A DNA stretch of 64,000 bases. It comes from Bacteroidota bacterium (GTDB lineage Bacteria; Bacteroidota; Bacteroidia; NS11-12g; UBA955). A program made the translations under genes and the position numbers. Location of the stretch: assembly GCA_016787485.1 (NCBI GenBank), contig JAEUUL010000025.1, forward strand, positions 496 to 64,495, written 5' to 3'. The notes under the pieces are model-generated. The model was not told where the DNA came from, ran no database searches, and was given only the letters and a program-made list of their open reading frames with translations. Position 1 is the first letter of the stretch, and each line of letters begins with the position of its first letter. This document shows positions 17,426 to 28,135 of the stretch, in pieces.

Positions 17426-20053
17426 TTACTTTTCCATGTCCCTGAAATATTCCATATAGTTATTCACCCGGTTGCTCTTGATCAGCAGCACATAATTGGA
17501 TTTGCTGATCCAGGCAGTTTCGAATTCGAACAGGCCTTTGGAAGCAAAGAAGTCGGGTTTTGAACGGATAAACTCCAGGTATTCCTGAGCTTTTTCAGGT
17601 TTGGAAAAATTCTGAATGGTAAGATATACGGTTTCGCCACTAATACTCACAGCCGAAACATCCAGGGTTTCGTAGATGAAATGTTCCCGGTTAAAATCGG
17701 ACAAAGCAGACCTCAGCATATTGGTATTTGCTCCGCGTGGGAAGGAGAGAAGGAAGTACAATTCCTCCGTTTTGTTCCATACGGTCCACGAACCGGATCC
17801 CGGTGTTGTGCTTGTATCAGGCTTTACACCGGATTTGAGTTTTTTCCATGCTTCCACGTTTGCGGCAGCCTGCCCGGCAATGGCGGTGCCCGGAAAATCC
17901 TCGGATATTTGGGTAAGCAGGGCAATTCCTTTCTCCTCTTTGCCGCTGCGCAACATGCATATAGCATAAAGATAATCGAAACGGGCCTGAATGGTGTTAC
18001 CGGCAAATTTGCGGTCAGTCTCTTCTTTTACTGCCATTGCAGAGTCCCACTTTTCTGTTTTAAAGAAATTGTACATGCGGGTGTACTGGTCTTCTATTTC
18101 TTTGCTGGCTGCGGAAGGTTCTGCCACAATGCGGGTTGCACTGTCCGGATTCTCGAGCAGTTTGTTGTAAATGCTTTCCGGGAATTTGTTTTTAAGAATG
18201 TCTTTGCGCTGGGTGTAAGCTTCGGTATTCCCGGCGGCCTTAAAGAGTTTGGCCAGTTCATACAGTGTTTGCGCTTCGTAACGGGTTTCTGGAAAACGGG
18301 TAAGCAACTCTGTGTAATACCGGATGGCGTCTTTGGCCTCATTCAGGCTGTTTTGATATACACCGGCTGCTGCAAACAGTGCATCTTCTATGCGTTTGCG
18401 GGCAGATTCCTGGGCTTCTGTGGTGAGAGGAATCTCTGCATAATACTTACGGCGGTCCGGTGACACGTTATCAGGGATACCTGAGTTTCCGTTTCCTGCT
18501 GTATCTGTATCGGTACCTGCCGTTCCTGTGCCGGAGGTAGTTCCAGCGGTGGATTTTTTCGCATTGATGCGCCAATAATCCCTGTTTGTGCGCGAATTGC
18601 CATAGATGGCCTGAAACTCAAGCAACCCTTTGCTGCGCAATGCCTGGTTGTAAAAGGGAAATGAAGTAGAACCCGGCATGGTACCCGGCAGACCGGGATC
18701 AGGGGCAATGGCCGGACCAGGGTCTGTTGGCGGAGCAGGTGAAGCAGCCTGTTTTTTTTCCAGTTCTATGATGCGGTCAATGGTTTTTTCCCGAAGCACA
18801 GGATCCAGACCCAGCCGCAGCAGGCTATCCTGTTGTTTAATCTCAATAAGGTGTTTGATCAGTTCTCCCAGTACTTCGCCGCGTTTAGCCAGAGATTTGA
18901 ATTCGGGGTGTTTTTCATCAAGGTTGCGGTTTGCACTGTCGTAATAATATCCTGCTTTTTCGAAATTCCGTTTTTCGAAATACATATCGCCTACTGCCAG
19001 ATAGGAGGTTGCCAATTGGTTTCTGTCGGATTGACTGAGCCGGATACTCTTGTTCAGGTATTCAACAGCTCCCGGGTAATTCCGGGCACGCAGTTCATTT
19101 TTCCCCATCCGGTAATAAATCTGGCCCTGAAAGTCGATGTTTTTATCATCTTTCAGCATTCTTTTCAGAATGGAGTTTGCTTTGTCATGGTCCTTTGCCT
19201 GTTCACTCAGTAATTCTACCTGATTAATCCTTGCGTTGAATGCAATCTCATAGGGGGGATTCATTTTCACAACTTTGGCAAAGTGGTGCACGGCTTCATC
19301 GTATTTGCCCAGAGACTGATAAACCTGGCCGAGGACAAAATGCAGCCGGTAACGTTCCATCTTACCTTTGGCTTTTTTCAGTGCCTCCAGCAGGGGTTTT
19401 TCGCTTTGTGATACTTTATTCTGAGCAAGATAAACAGCTGCAAGTCCTTTTTGAAGCTCGAAATACAGTGGTCCCTTGCCGGGGAATTTCTTGTCGTTTT
19501 TTAAACCGGTGATAAGGCTTTCCGCCTCACCGGCTTTGCCCTGAGCCAGCAGACAGCGAAAAATCCACAATTGGCTCAGGTAACGTATTTCCGGATTTTT
19601 AAAGTTGCTGTTTACGTATTCGAAAATGTCGGAGGCTGCTATTACATCCCCTTTCATAAAATAAGACCGGCCGGTGAGCATATAGGCATCATCTACCCAA
19701 CGGCTTTTGGGGTGCCGGTCTATGAGGGTGCTGGCTTTCTTAACAATTTCATCCATTATCCCCTGGTTGGCTTTGAGACTTTCTTTGCTGCCGTAGTTGT
19801 ACAATTCCAGAAATCTGCGGAAATCATCTTTGTTTCCCTCTTTTAGGGCAAGAACGGTTTCCTGCCACTTTTGCTCGGCATTGAAGTACATATTGTAGTG
19901 TGCAGTGGTATTGTGCCATTGCCTTGCGGTCCAGGAATCGCTGTTTTTACAGCCGGCCAGCAACAGCATCGCCACAACAGTCAGAAGCCTGTAATTTGCA
20001 CACATTCGGAAAACAATAGTAAAAAACGGTATTTTCGTTGTTTTATTTCGCAA
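17426..20053 (-). CDS. Large TPR-repeat lipoprotein, possibly a SprE/PorW-like T9SS component
   Basis: 875 aa with lipobox LLLAGC, multiple TPR-like repeats, and a central G/T/P-rich linker (TSGTGTAGTDTDTAGNGNSG). Its size and architecture resemble SprE/PorW, but this was not confirmed. Confidence 0.55.
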   Translation of the reverse strand: MRNKTTKIPFFTIVFRMCANYRLLTVVAMLLLAGCKNSDSWTARQWHNTTAHYNMYFNAEQKWQETVLALKEGNKDDFRRFLELYNYGSKESLKANQGIMDEIVKKASTLIDRHPKSRWVDDAYMLTGRSYFMKGDVIAASDIFEYVNSNFKNPEIRYLSQLWIFRCLLAQGKAGEAESLITGLKNDKKFPGKGPLYFELQKGLAAVYLAQNKVSQSEKPLLEALKKAKGKMERYRLHFVLGQVYQSLGKYDEAVHHFAKVVKMNPPYEIAFNARINQVELLSEQAKDHDKANSILKRMLKDDKNIDFQGQIYYRMGKNELRARNYPGAVEYLNKSIRLSQSDRNQLATSYLAVGDMYFEKRNFEKAGYYYDSANRNLDEKHPEFKSLAKRGEVLGELIKHLIEIKQQDSLLRLGLDPVLREKTIDRIIELEKKQAASPAPPTDPGPAIAPDPGLPGTMPGSTSFPFYNQALRSKGLLEFQAIYGNSRTNRDYWRINAKKSTAGTTSGTGTAGTDTDTAGNGNSGIPDNVSPDRRKYYAEIPLTTEAQESARKRIEDALFAAAGVYQNSLNEAKDAIRYYTELLTRFPETRYEAQTLYELAKLFKAAGNTEAYTQRKDILKNKFPESIYNKLLENPDSATRIVAEPSAASKEIEDQYTRMYNFFKTEKWDSAMAVKEETDRKFAGNTIQARFDYLYAICMLRSGKEEKGIALLTQISEDFPGTAIAGQAAANVEAWKKLKSGVKPDTSTTPGSGSWTVWNKTEELYFLLSFPRGANTNMLRSALSDFNREHFIYETLDVSAVSISGETVYLTIQNFSKPEKAQEYLEFIRSKPDFFASKGLFEFETAWISKSNYVLLIKSNRVNNYMEYFRDMEK

Positions 20054-20067
20054 TCGGTAGCAAAAGT

Positions 20068-20439
20068 ATGTCCAGAGGTCGCAAAATTATTGCCAAACTA
20101 CGTAATAAGTACCGTCTGGTATTGATTAATGATTCAAGTTTTGCAGAAATGTTCTCCATCAGGCTCACGCCATTCAACGTTTTGATGCTGTTGAGCAGTA
20201 CTTTTATTTTATTTACTGTAATCATTTTTTTCCTGATTGCATATACGCCCATGCGGCAGTTGGTTCCGGGTTATGGCAAAGGGTCTGACCCCAGTTCCTG
20301 GATGGAGTTGAACCAGAAAGTGGAGGACTTAAAGCGGGACCTGGAAAACCGCAAGTTGAAAGAAAACGCACTCAACTCTATCCTTTCTGAGAAAGAATCG
20401 GAGTTGGACACCGTTTCAGCGAAATCTCCGCGGAAGTAG
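20068..20439 (+). CDS. Membrane-anchored coiled-coil protein (one TM + coiled coil) upstream of bactofilin
   Basis: MSRGRKIIAKLRNKYRLVLINDSSFAEMFSIRLTPFNVLMLLSSTFILFTVIIFFLIAYT, then a charged coiled coil (LKRDLENRKLKENALNSILSEKESELD). Confidence 0.4.
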   Translation: MSRGRKIIAKLRNKYRLVLINDSSFAEMFSIRLTPFNVLMLLSSTFILFTVIIFFLIAYTPMRQLVPGYGKGSDPSSWMELNQKVEDLKRDLENRKLKENALNSILSEKESELDTVSAKSPRK

Positions 20440-20498
20440 TCCGATTTGAACAATTTATTCACATTTTACACGTTATATGGTTTAACTTTGTAAGTCCA

Positions 20499-20930
20499 AT
20501 GTTTTCTAGCAATAAGAACAATAACCGCAAAGAATCGCCGATTACCAACAATCTTCTGAATATCATAGGTACAGGGACCAAAGTAACCGGAGACCTGGCC
20601 AGTGATGGTGATATTCGGGTAGATGGCACCATCGAAGGCCATGTTACTGTAAAACAAAGGCTGGTGCTGGGAGAAGCCGGACTGATAGCCGGGGACATTG
20701 AGGCACTTGACGCCATTGTTGCTGGCCTGCTGAAAGGAAACATCCGCGTGGAACAAACACTGATATTGAAGTCATCAGCCAGAATTGAAGGTGATATAAC
20801 CACAGATAAAATTGTGATAGAAAGCGGAGCTCAGTTCAATGGCCGCTGCACCATGAATGCGCAGTTGGCCAGTATCCCTCAAAAGGCCAGCACGGCTGTC
20901 AATGTCAAAGCCAGAGCCAAATCTGAGTAA
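20499..20930 (+). CDS. Bactofilin-family cytoskeletal protein
   Basis: GDLASDGDIRVDGTIEGHVTVKQRLVLGEAGLIAGDIEALDAIVAGLLKGNIRVEQTLILKSSARIEGDITTDKIVIESGAQFNG shows the repetitive beta-helical bactofilin (DUF583) pattern. Confidence 0.85.
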   Translation: MFSSNKNNNRKESPITNNLLNIIGTGTKVTGDLASDGDIRVDGTIEGHVTVKQRLVLGEAGLIAGDIEALDAIVAGLLKGNIRVEQTLILKSSARIEGDITTDKIVIESGAQFNGRCTMNAQLASIPQKASTAVNVKARAKSE

Positions 20931-20955
20931 TGCCCGCTTTCTGCAATATGCAGGA

Positions 20956-21111
20956 ATGGGCATGCAAATTCTTGCCACCATCGTAATTTTCACACTCGGC
21001 GGCAGGTATCTCGATCATTGGTTGGGTTTAAAAGTGCCTGTTTTTACACTGATTTTAAGTTTGGCAGGAGTAACAGGCGCGATTTGGCTCATCATCCGCA
21101 AATTGAAATAG
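20956..21111 (+). CDS. AtpZ-like small membrane protein (putative F0F1 ATPase-associated subunit)
   Basis: MQILATIVIFTLGGRYLDHWLGLKVPVFTLILSLAGVTGAIWLIIRKLK. The 2-TM hairpin with conserved G..G..D motif is typical of AtpZ/AtpI-associated proteins. It sits directly upstream of the atp genes. Confidence 0.45.
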   Translation: MGMQILATIVIFTLGGRYLDHWLGLKVPVFTLILSLAGVTGAIWLIIRKLK

Positions 21112-21165
21112 CGGCTAACAAATACCGCTAAAAACAGCGACCTTTGCGCCCCAAGGCGAAAGGTT

Positions 21166-21567
21166 ATGCATTCCAGGTATATCAAAAGAATCCTATTGCT
21201 CACATTGGCGATGGCATTGGCCACACTTGGTGTGCAGTACAGCGGGAAAACGGAAGTTCCGTGGCATACCTATATGGGACTGGTTTTGCTCCTGGTATTG
21301 ATGCTTTTGGTACATTACTATATATATGGAGTAAAAAACGACGGACCAAACAGTCAGATCCGGCGCTTGATGACGGGTTCCATGCTGCGGTTGGCGGGTG
21401 GGGTTGCGTTTTTGGCCATCAGCCTGTTCAATTTCAAACCGGTGAGTTTGCCATTTGTGGTTTTTTACTGTCTGTATTTTGCCTTGTATTTACTATTTGA
21501 AATCTCAGATATCCGTACTAACTTGCGCCCCGAATCGAAACAAGCCTCTAAAAACGAAAATGCCTGA
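21166..21567 (+). CDS. Four-TM membrane protein, possibly ATP synthase protein I (AtpI)-like
   Basis: 133 aa and hydrophobic. The position immediately before atpB matches the atpI position in F-type operons. Confidence 0.35.
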   Translation: MHSRYIKRILLLTLAMALATLGVQYSGKTEVPWHTYMGLVLLLVLMLLVHYYIYGVKNDGPNSQIRRLMTGSMLRLAGGVAFLAISLFNFKPVSLPFVVFYCLYFALYLLFEISDIRTNLRPESKQASKNENA

Positions 21568-22693
21568 TTTTACTGTGAGTTCCGCGTTTCAGTCCCTTCA
21601 AAAAAAATTGCTCCTTGCTGGTTTTTGCGCATTTTTTGCCTTGCAGGTAATGGGTAACGAGGCGCCTGCCACCGCGCATGGGGAAGATGCCAAGGCACAT
21701 ACCGAGGCTGCCGGTCATAAAGCGGCAGATGCGCATGCGGCAGGTGGAAAATTCTCTCCCGGTAAAATGATTATGGACCACGTGGCAGATGCGCACGACT
21801 GGCATTTGTTCGGTCATGTTTCAATTCCATTGCCAGTAATCCTTTATACCAAAAGCACGGGTCTGAAAGTTTTCATGAGTTCTGCATTTCACCATGGAGA
21901 GCATCCGCATGAAGGATTCAGGCTTACAGAGAAGAATAAAGTGGTCTGGGAAGATGCCTCAAATACAGAAGCGATTTACGATTTTTCCATTACTAAGAAC
22001 GTGTTTGCCATGTTTATAGCGGTTGGTGCTATCCTTCTGATAATGATCAGCATAGGCAGGGCCTCTCAGCGCCGGGCAGGAAAAGCGCCACGTGGACTGC
22101 AGAACCTTCTTGAACCTTTGATTCTTTTTATCCGCGATGACATAGCCCGTCCAAACATAGGCGTAAAAGCAGATAAGTTCTTACCCATGTTGCTTACCAT
22201 ATTCTGGTTCATATTCATAAACAATCTGTTTGGCCTGATTCCCATTTTCCCGGGAGGAGCAAACGTAACCGGTAATATTGCGGTAACCATGGTTTTGTCA
22301 CTGGTTGTGTTTATTACTGTTACAATCAATGCCAATTCATATTACTGGAAGCATATTTTTCTTCCTGATGTACCGAAGGCAATGTACCTGATTCTGGTAC
22401 CTATAGAAATACTCGGTGTATTCCTGAGGCCATTTGTACTTATGCTTCGTTTGTTTGCAAACATTACTGCAGGGCACATTATTATCCTGGGATTCTTCAG
22501 CCTCATTTTCATTTTCGGGGCAATGAAACCGGGTCTCGGATTTGCGGTGAGTCCACTGAGTGTGGGATTTACCCTGTTCATGAGTCTTCTGGAATTGCTG
22601 GTAGCTTTTCTGCAGGCTTTTGTATTCACATTGCTCACCGCCATCTACATTGGTATGGCAGTTGAGGAGCACAGTCATGCAGAACACCATTAA
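21560..22693 (+). CDS. atpB: F0F1 ATP synthase subunit a, with the long N-terminal extension typical of Bacteroidota
   Basis: The C-terminal region carries the conserved ...LRLFANITAGHI... arginine motif. The ORF track extends it upstream to 21455. Confidence 0.9.
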   Translation: MPDFTVSSAFQSLQKKLLLAGFCAFFALQVMGNEAPATAHGEDAKAHTEAAGHKAADAHAAGGKFSPGKMIMDHVADAHDWHLFGHVSIPLPVILYTKSTGLKVFMSSAFHHGEHPHEGFRLTEKNKVVWEDASNTEAIYDFSITKNVFAMFIAVGAILLIMISIGRASQRRAGKAPRGLQNLLEPLILFIRDDIARPNIGVKADKFLPMLLTIFWFIFINNLFGLIPIFPGGANVTGNIAVTMVLSLVVFITVTINANSYYWKHIFLPDVPKAMYLILVPIEILGVFLRPFVLMLRLFANITAGHIIILGFFSLIFIFGAMKPGLGFAVSPLSVGFTLFMSLLELLVAFLQAFVFTLLTAIYIGMAVEEHSHAEHH

Positions 22694-22716
22694 GAAATAA
22701 ATCAAATTAACCCTAA

Positions 22717-22998
<282 letters not shown>

Positions 22999-23014
22999 GA
23001 ACCAACGTGGGTAG

Positions 23015-23039
23015 TCCTTTCCGGAATTTTCCGGAAAGG
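23015..23039 (+). terminator. Near-perfect palindromic hairpin (CCTTTCCGGAA-TTT-TCCGGAAAGG) after atpE. Likely an intra-operon attenuator or mRNA-stabilising stem-loop.
   Basis: Read in the 22999-23083 intergenic region. It is followed by ...CCCTTTT. Confidence 0.45.
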
Positions 23040-23083
23040 GCAACCCTTTTACAACCAAGCCAAAACCCAACAAAAACAATTCC

Positions 23084-23593
23084 ATGGAGTTAGTAAGCCC
23101 CTCACTAGGTCTCGTTTTCTGGATGCTCGTAACCTTTTCATTGTTACTGTTCCTCCTGAAAAAATTTGCCTGGAAACCCCTTCTTACCTCGTTGAAGGAA
23201 AGAGAAGAATCCATTGAAAATTCACTGCAGCAAGCTGAAAATGCACGTGCAGAAATGGCAAGACTGCAGAGTCAGAACGAGGCATTGCTGGCCGAAGCCC
23301 GGCTGGAACGTGATCAAATCGTGCGTGAAGCCCGCGAGATGAAAGAGAAAATCATCAACGACGCAAAAGTGATCGCTGATGAAGAAGGCAAAAAGCTGAT
23401 TGCCCGCGCCAATGACGAAATTAACAAGCAGAAACTGGCCGCACTTGACGAATTGAAGAAAGAAGTAGCCGGATTCTCTGTGCAGATTGCAGAAAAGTTG
23501 GTTTCCAAGCAACTTGACAACAACGCTGCCCAGCAGGCTTTGATTGCCGAGCAACTCTCCCAGCTTACCAAAGGACAATCTCAAGCCGGATAA
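23084..23593 (+). CDS. atpF: F0F1 ATP synthase subunit b
   Basis: N-terminal TM followed by a long charged coiled coil. Confidence 0.85.
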   Translation: MELVSPSLGLVFWMLVTFSLLLFLLKKFAWKPLLTSLKEREESIENSLQQAENARAEMARLQSQNEALLAEARLERDQIVREAREMKEKIINDAKVIADEEGKKLIARANDEINKQKLAALDELKKEVAGFSVQIAEKLVSKQLDNNAAQQALIAEQLSQLTKGQSQAG

Positions 23594-23596
23594 AAC

Positions 23597-24136
23597 ATGT
23601 CAGAAGTCAGGATAGCATCTCGTTACGCCCGCAGCCTTTATTCAAAAGCGGCTGAGTCTGGTGCCGTGGAAACAGTGGCGGAAGACATGACCAATCTGGC
23701 TGCTGTGCTGAAAGAAAGCAGGGATTTGAACCTGTTTTTGGAAAGTCCTTTAATCAGCCGGCTGGACAAAAAAGCTGCTATTGCTAAAATATTCAGCTCA
23801 TTCGGTCAGGATAGCCGCAGTTTGTTTGAACTGATGACTGAAAGGGGCCGTGAGTCTCTGTTGCCTTATGTTGCACAGGAATTCACCCGCATTTACAATT
23901 CTGAAAATAAAATTACCGAAGCGACTGTAACCAGTGCCGCCCCATTGGAGGATTCCACGCAAAAAACCATTGTGGAGTTCATCAAATCGCGCACCGGAGC
24001 AGGCAAGGTTTTATTAAATATACATACAGATCAGTCTCTGATTGGCGGACTGACCATTCTGTTTGATGGGAAAATATATGATTCTTCCATCCTGAGCCAG
24101 ATCAAAAAATTAAAAAAAGAACTCAACTTAGCATAA
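23597..24136 (+). CDS. atpH: F0F1 ATP synthase subunit delta (OSCP)
   Basis: 179 aa, OSCP-like. Its position between atpF and atpA supports the call. Confidence 0.85.
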   Translation: MSEVRIASRYARSLYSKAAESGAVETVAEDMTNLAAVLKESRDLNLFLESPLISRLDKKAAIAKIFSSFGQDSRSLFELMTERGRESLLPYVAQEFTRIYNSENKITEATVTSAAPLEDSTQKTIVEFIKSRTGAGKVLLNIHTDQSLIGGLTILFDGKIYDSSILSQIKKLKKELNLA

Positions 24137-24146
24137 CACATATCAT

Positions 24147-25727
24147 ATGTCACAAATAAGGCCCGATGAAGTTTCCAGCATTCTGAAAGAACAGATTTCA
24201 GGATTTTCTGGTGCATCCAATCTGGAAGAAGTAGGAACTGTGCTCCAGGTGGGAGATGGTATTGCCCGTATTTACGGACTTTTTGGCGTTCAAAGCGGTG
24301 AACTCGTGGAATTTGACAACGGAGTTCGCGCGGTGGTATTGAACCTTGAGGAGGACAATGTGGGTGCAGTACTTATGGGTAGCAGCACAGACATTAAAGA
24401 AGGAGACAAGGTAAAACGCACCGGCAAAATTGCCAGTATCAATGTGGGTCATGGTATGCTCGGCCGTGTGGTAAACACGCTGGGTGAAGCCATTGACGGC
24501 AAAGGCCCCATTACCGGTGAAATGTTTGAAATGCCCCTGGAACGCAAAGCTCCGGGTGTGTTGTTCCGTGAACCGGTTAAAGAGCCCCTGCAAACAGGTA
24601 TTAAGGCGATTGATGCAATGATTCCCATCGGCCGTGGTCAGCGTGAGTTGATTATCGGTGACCGCCAGACAGGAAAAACCACCATTGCGCTGGATACCAT
24701 CATCAATCAGAAAGAATTTTATACCAACGGCAACCCTGTATATTGCATTTATGTTGCCTGCGGACAAAAGGAGTCAACAGTAAAACAGGTTGTAAAGTCA
24801 CTTGAAGACAACGGAGCCATGCCTTATACCATTGTTGTATCGGCACCGGCCTCAAGTCCTGCCCCACTGCAGTTTTATGCCCCTATGGCAGGTTGTGCCA
24901 TTGGTGAGTATTTCCGCGATTTAGGTCTGCCCGCACTGGTTATTTTTGATGACCTTTCCAAACAGGCTGTAGCTTACCGTGAGGTATCCCTGTTGTTGCG
25001 CCGTCCTCCCGGACGTGAAGCCTATCCCGGAGATGTGTTTTACCTGCACAGCCGGATTCTGGAACGTGCCTGCAAGCTGAACAGCAATACAGACATTACA
25101 AGCCAGATGAATGATCTGCCTGATAGTCTGAAAGGAAAAGTAAAAGGTGGCGGATCTCTTACCGCATTGCCAATTATTGAAACCCAGGCCGGTGACGTTT
25201 CTGCCTATATCCCCACCAACGTAATTTCTATTACAGATGGCCAGATATTCCTTGAAAGCAACCTTTTCAACTCCGGTGTACGTCCTGCAATCAACGTAGG
25301 TATCTCTGTTAGCCGGGTAGGGGGTAATGCGCAAATCAAATCCATGAAGAAGGTGGCAGGTACTCTGAAACTGGACCAGGCTCAATACCGCGAACTGGAA
25401 GCGTTTGCAAAATTTGGTTCTGATCTTGATGCAGCTACTAAATCTGTACTTGAGAAAGGTGCAAGGAACGTGGAAGTATTGAAGCAGGCGCAATTCTCAC
25501 CGGTATCGGTAGAAAAGCAAATTGCCATTATTTATCTGGGAACCAGCAATCAGATGCGCAATATTCCGGTAAACCGGGTACGCGAGTTTGAATCAGCCTT
25601 CCTGGATTATATGGAAGCCAAGCACCGCGACATTTTGGATAGCCTGCGTGCAGGAAAATTCGATGACAATATCACATCTGTGATATCTGCAGCGGGAGCA
25701 GAAGTAGCAAAATCATTCACCGCCTGA
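24147..25727 (+). CDS. atpA: F0F1 ATP synthase subunit alpha
   Basis: Walker A GDRQTGKT, and the full 526 aa is collinear with alpha subunits. Confidence 0.97.
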   Translation: MSQIRPDEVSSILKEQISGFSGASNLEEVGTVLQVGDGIARIYGLFGVQSGELVEFDNGVRAVVLNLEEDNVGAVLMGSSTDIKEGDKVKRTGKIASINVGHGMLGRVVNTLGEAIDGKGPITGEMFEMPLERKAPGVLFREPVKEPLQTGIKAIDAMIPIGRGQRELIIGDRQTGKTTIALDTIINQKEFYTNGNPVYCIYVACGQKESTVKQVVKSLEDNGAMPYTIVVSAPASSPAPLQFYAPMAGCAIGEYFRDLGLPALVIFDDLSKQAVAYREVSLLLRRPPGREAYPGDVFYLHSRILERACKLNSNTDITSQMNDLPDSLKGKVKGGGSLTALPIIETQAGDVSAYIPTNVISITDGQIFLESNLFNSGVRPAINVGISVSRVGGNAQIKSMKKVAGTLKLDQAQYRELEAFAKFGSDLDAATKSVLEKGARNVEVLKQAQFSPVSVEKQIAIIYLGTSNQMRNIPVNRVREFESAFLDYMEAKHRDILDSLRAGKFDDNITSVISAAGAEVAKSFTA

Positions 25728-25746
25728 TAAATAAAGCAGAGCCACA

Positions 25747-26622
25747 ATGTCGAATCAGAAGGAAATAAGGGCGAGAATCGCTTCAACCATCAGCACACAG
25801 CAAATCACCAAAGCCATGAAACTGGTGAGTGCGACAAAGCTGAAGAAAGCAAGTGATGCCATTATCCGGATGCGACCTTATGCCCGCAAGTTGCAGGGTA
25901 TTATGGGCAACCTGCAGGATAGTGTGGATGATCCCAGCCTGTCTGTGTATTTTCAAAACCGCGATGTAAAGAAGGTACTGTTTGTAGTCATCAGCAGCGA
26001 CCGCGGATTGTGCGGTGGTTTCAATGCCAACGTAATTAAACGCACCCGTACTCTGCTTGAGGACAAGTATCCCGAACAAAACAAGGCTGGAAACGTCACT
26101 TTGTTGTGCATTGGCAAAAAGGCGGCTGAGTATTTTCGCAAAACAGGGGTAAAAATTGATGAACGTTTCATCGGTCTTTTTCAACACCTGAATGCCGAAA
26201 CTGCCTTTGAAGCCGGAGATTATGTGCTGGATGCATACCGCCGCGGAGAGTACGATCAGGTAGAATTGATATACAACGAATTCAAAAATGCGGCAACACA
26301 GATTCTTTCCAATGAGGTTATCCTCCCCATTACATCTGTGGCTACCGGTACTCATCAACACAATGATTACATTTTTGAACCTGGTAAAATAGCCATTTTG
26401 CAGGATTTGGTTCCACGCAGCATAAAAACACAGATTTACCGTGGAATGCTGGATTCGCTGGCTTCTGAGCACGGAGCCCGCATGATTAGCATGGACAAGG
26501 CCACAGAGAACGCAGGCGATATGCTTCGTTCACTGCGACTTGCTTACAACCAGGCACGACAAGCAGCCATTACCCGCGAAATCAGTGAGATTGTGGGCGG
26601 TGCCGCTGCACTTGAAGGCTAA
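25747..26622 (+). CDS. atpG: F0F1 ATP synthase subunit gamma
   Basis: 291 aa. The terminal ...ITREISEIVGGAAALEG is the conserved gamma C-terminus. Confidence 0.95.
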   Translation: MSNQKEIRARIASTISTQQITKAMKLVSATKLKKASDAIIRMRPYARKLQGIMGNLQDSVDDPSLSVYFQNRDVKKVLFVVISSDRGLCGGFNANVIKRTRTLLEDKYPEQNKAGNVTLLCIGKKAAEYFRKTGVKIDERFIGLFQHLNAETAFEAGDYVLDAYRRGEYDQVELIYNEFKNAATQILSNEVILPITSVATGTHQHNDYIFEPGKIAILQDLVPRSIKTQIYRGMLDSLASEHGARMISMDKATENAGDMLRSLRLAYNQARQAAITREISEIVGGAAALEG

Positions 26623-26643
26623 GTCAGGAAGAATACATTCATA

Positions 26644-26669
26644 AAAAAGGGGCTCTGAGCCCCTTTTTT
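26644..26669 (+). terminator. Rho-independent terminator ending the atp operon (AAAAAAGGGGCTC-TGA-GCCCCTTTTTT)
   Basis: GC hairpin plus T-run. It is bidirectional in form, with an A-run on the other side. Confidence 0.75.
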
Positions 26670-26687
26670 ATGAATCTCAGGTCCTGT

Positions 26688-27116
26688 TTAAACCTGTTCG
26701 ATTTTCAGAAGTATACCATCGGTATGGCGGACTATGCCTTTAGCGCCTTCTTCCAATGCAGACCCATCCATCGTACTTGCCGGCCACTCGGTACCCCGGT
26801 ACGACACCCGGCCCTGTCCGTTGGCCGGTATATGGGAAGATACTACGACCTGCTGCCCCAGATGTTCATTGAAGTTTGAACCATGGCCTGGTCCGAATGA
26901 CTTGAGCAGTTTTTTCCGGAATAAGAGAACCCCGGCAGCTGCGACTATTGCGAAAACCAGCCATTGCAGAGCAGGGTCGGGCAGGAGACCGGTCCATACA
27001 AGCAGGGCTGTAACCAACGCGCTTGCTCCCAGAAACAGCACAAAAAAAGTACCGAAAATCACATCGGCTATGATAAGGCCTATCCCGGCTGCTGCCCAGT
27101 ATAATTCAGTACTCAT
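26688..27116 (-). CDS. NfeD-family membrane protein (stomatin-operon partner)
   Basis: N-terminal TM helices plus a C-terminal OB-like beta domain. Its start overlaps the upstream SPFH gene by 4 nt. Confidence 0.7.
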   Translation of the reverse strand: MSTELYWAAAGIGLIIADVIFGTFFVLFLGASALVTALLVWTGLLPDPALQWLVFAIVAAAGVLLFRKKLLKSFGPGHGSNFNEHLGQQVVVSSHIPANGQGRVSYRGTEWPASTMDGSALEEGAKGIVRHTDGILLKIEQV

Positions 27117-28042
27117 GATTTTTTATCAGCAACGCCCTGTGTGGATTTGATAACCGACATGGCCGCGGTAATCATTCCCCCCATGTCGGAGAAATTGGCA
27201 GGTAATATCATCGTGTTGGTACTTTTCGCCAGTTTGCCATATTGCTCAACCAGTTGCTCTGCTACACGCAATTGCACAGCTTCCATACCTCCTTTGTCCT
27301 GCAAAGCAGCAGCTACTTCGCGTATACCCTGAGCCGTCGCAGTTGCTACGGCGCGAATTGCTTCTGCCTGGCCTTCCGCTTCGTTTATCTGGCGCTGACG
27401 GAAAGCTTCGGATTCAAGTACCATTTTCTGTTTCTGGCCTTCTGCCTGGTTGATGGCACTTTGTTTTTCACCTTCCGAGGTAAGAATCACAGCCCGTTTT
27501 TCCCTTTCAGCCTGCATTTGCTTTTCCATTGCATTCAGCACGGTTTTCGGTGGGGTGATGTTCTTAATCTCGTAACGCAGGATTTTTACACCCCAGCCAA
27601 TAGAAGCTTCGTCAATGGCAGATACGATGGCTCTGTTTACATTGGTCCGTTCTTCAAAGGTTTTGTCCAGGTCAATTTTGCCGATTTCACTGCGCATGGT
27701 GGTTTGTGCAAGCTGTATTACCGCAAATTTGTAGTTGGCAATGCCATAACTGGCCTTCATCGGGTCTACGATTTGCATAAAAACCACTCCATCCACTGCA
27801 ACCTGCACATTATCTTTTGTAATACATATTTGTTCAGGTATATCTATGGCTGTTTCTTTCAGCGAGTGCTTGTAGGCAACACGGTCTACAAAGGGTACAA
27901 TAAAACTGATGCCGGGTTGCAGCACCTCATGGAACTTTCCCAACCTTTCAATCACATAGGCATTCTGCTGGGGAACCACCTTAACACTGCGCAGGAGTAC
28001 CAGTACCACCAGTACTACCAGCGAAACAATAAATATATTCAT
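27113..28042 (-). CDS. SPFH/band-7 (stomatin-like) protein
   Basis: N-terminal TM, then an SPFH domain (VVPQQNAYVIERLGKF...) and a C-terminal coiled coil. Confidence 0.9.
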   Translation of the reverse strand: MNIFIVSLVVLVVLVLLRSVKVVPQQNAYVIERLGKFHEVLQPGISFIVPFVDRVAYKHSLKETAIDIPEQICITKDNVQVAVDGVVFMQIVDPMKASYGIANYKFAVIQLAQTTMRSEIGKIDLDKTFEERTNVNRAIVSAIDEASIGWGVKILRYEIKNITPPKTVLNAMEKQMQAEREKRAVILTSEGEKQSAINQAEGQKQKMVLESEAFRQRQINEAEGQAEAIRAVATATAQGIREVAAALQDKGGMEAVQLRVAEQLVEQYGKLAKSTNTMILPANFSDMGGMITAAMSVIKSTQGVADKKS

Positions 28043-28135
28043 CTATTTGGTAATTTGTTACACAATGTTACAACAAGCTGGTTACATCGGTGTTAAAAAC
28101 CGACGTATTCATAAAAAAATTGTGTGAACGGATGA

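Noticed and set aside
24198-24767. 189-aa minus-strand ORF inside atpA
   Set aside because: It is fully antisense to a highly conserved gene and has no start context or recognisable motifs. It is probably a chance ORF.
25783-26472. 229-aa minus-strand ORF inside atpG
   Set aside because: It is antisense to the conserved gamma-subunit gene and its composition looks like mirror-frame artefact.
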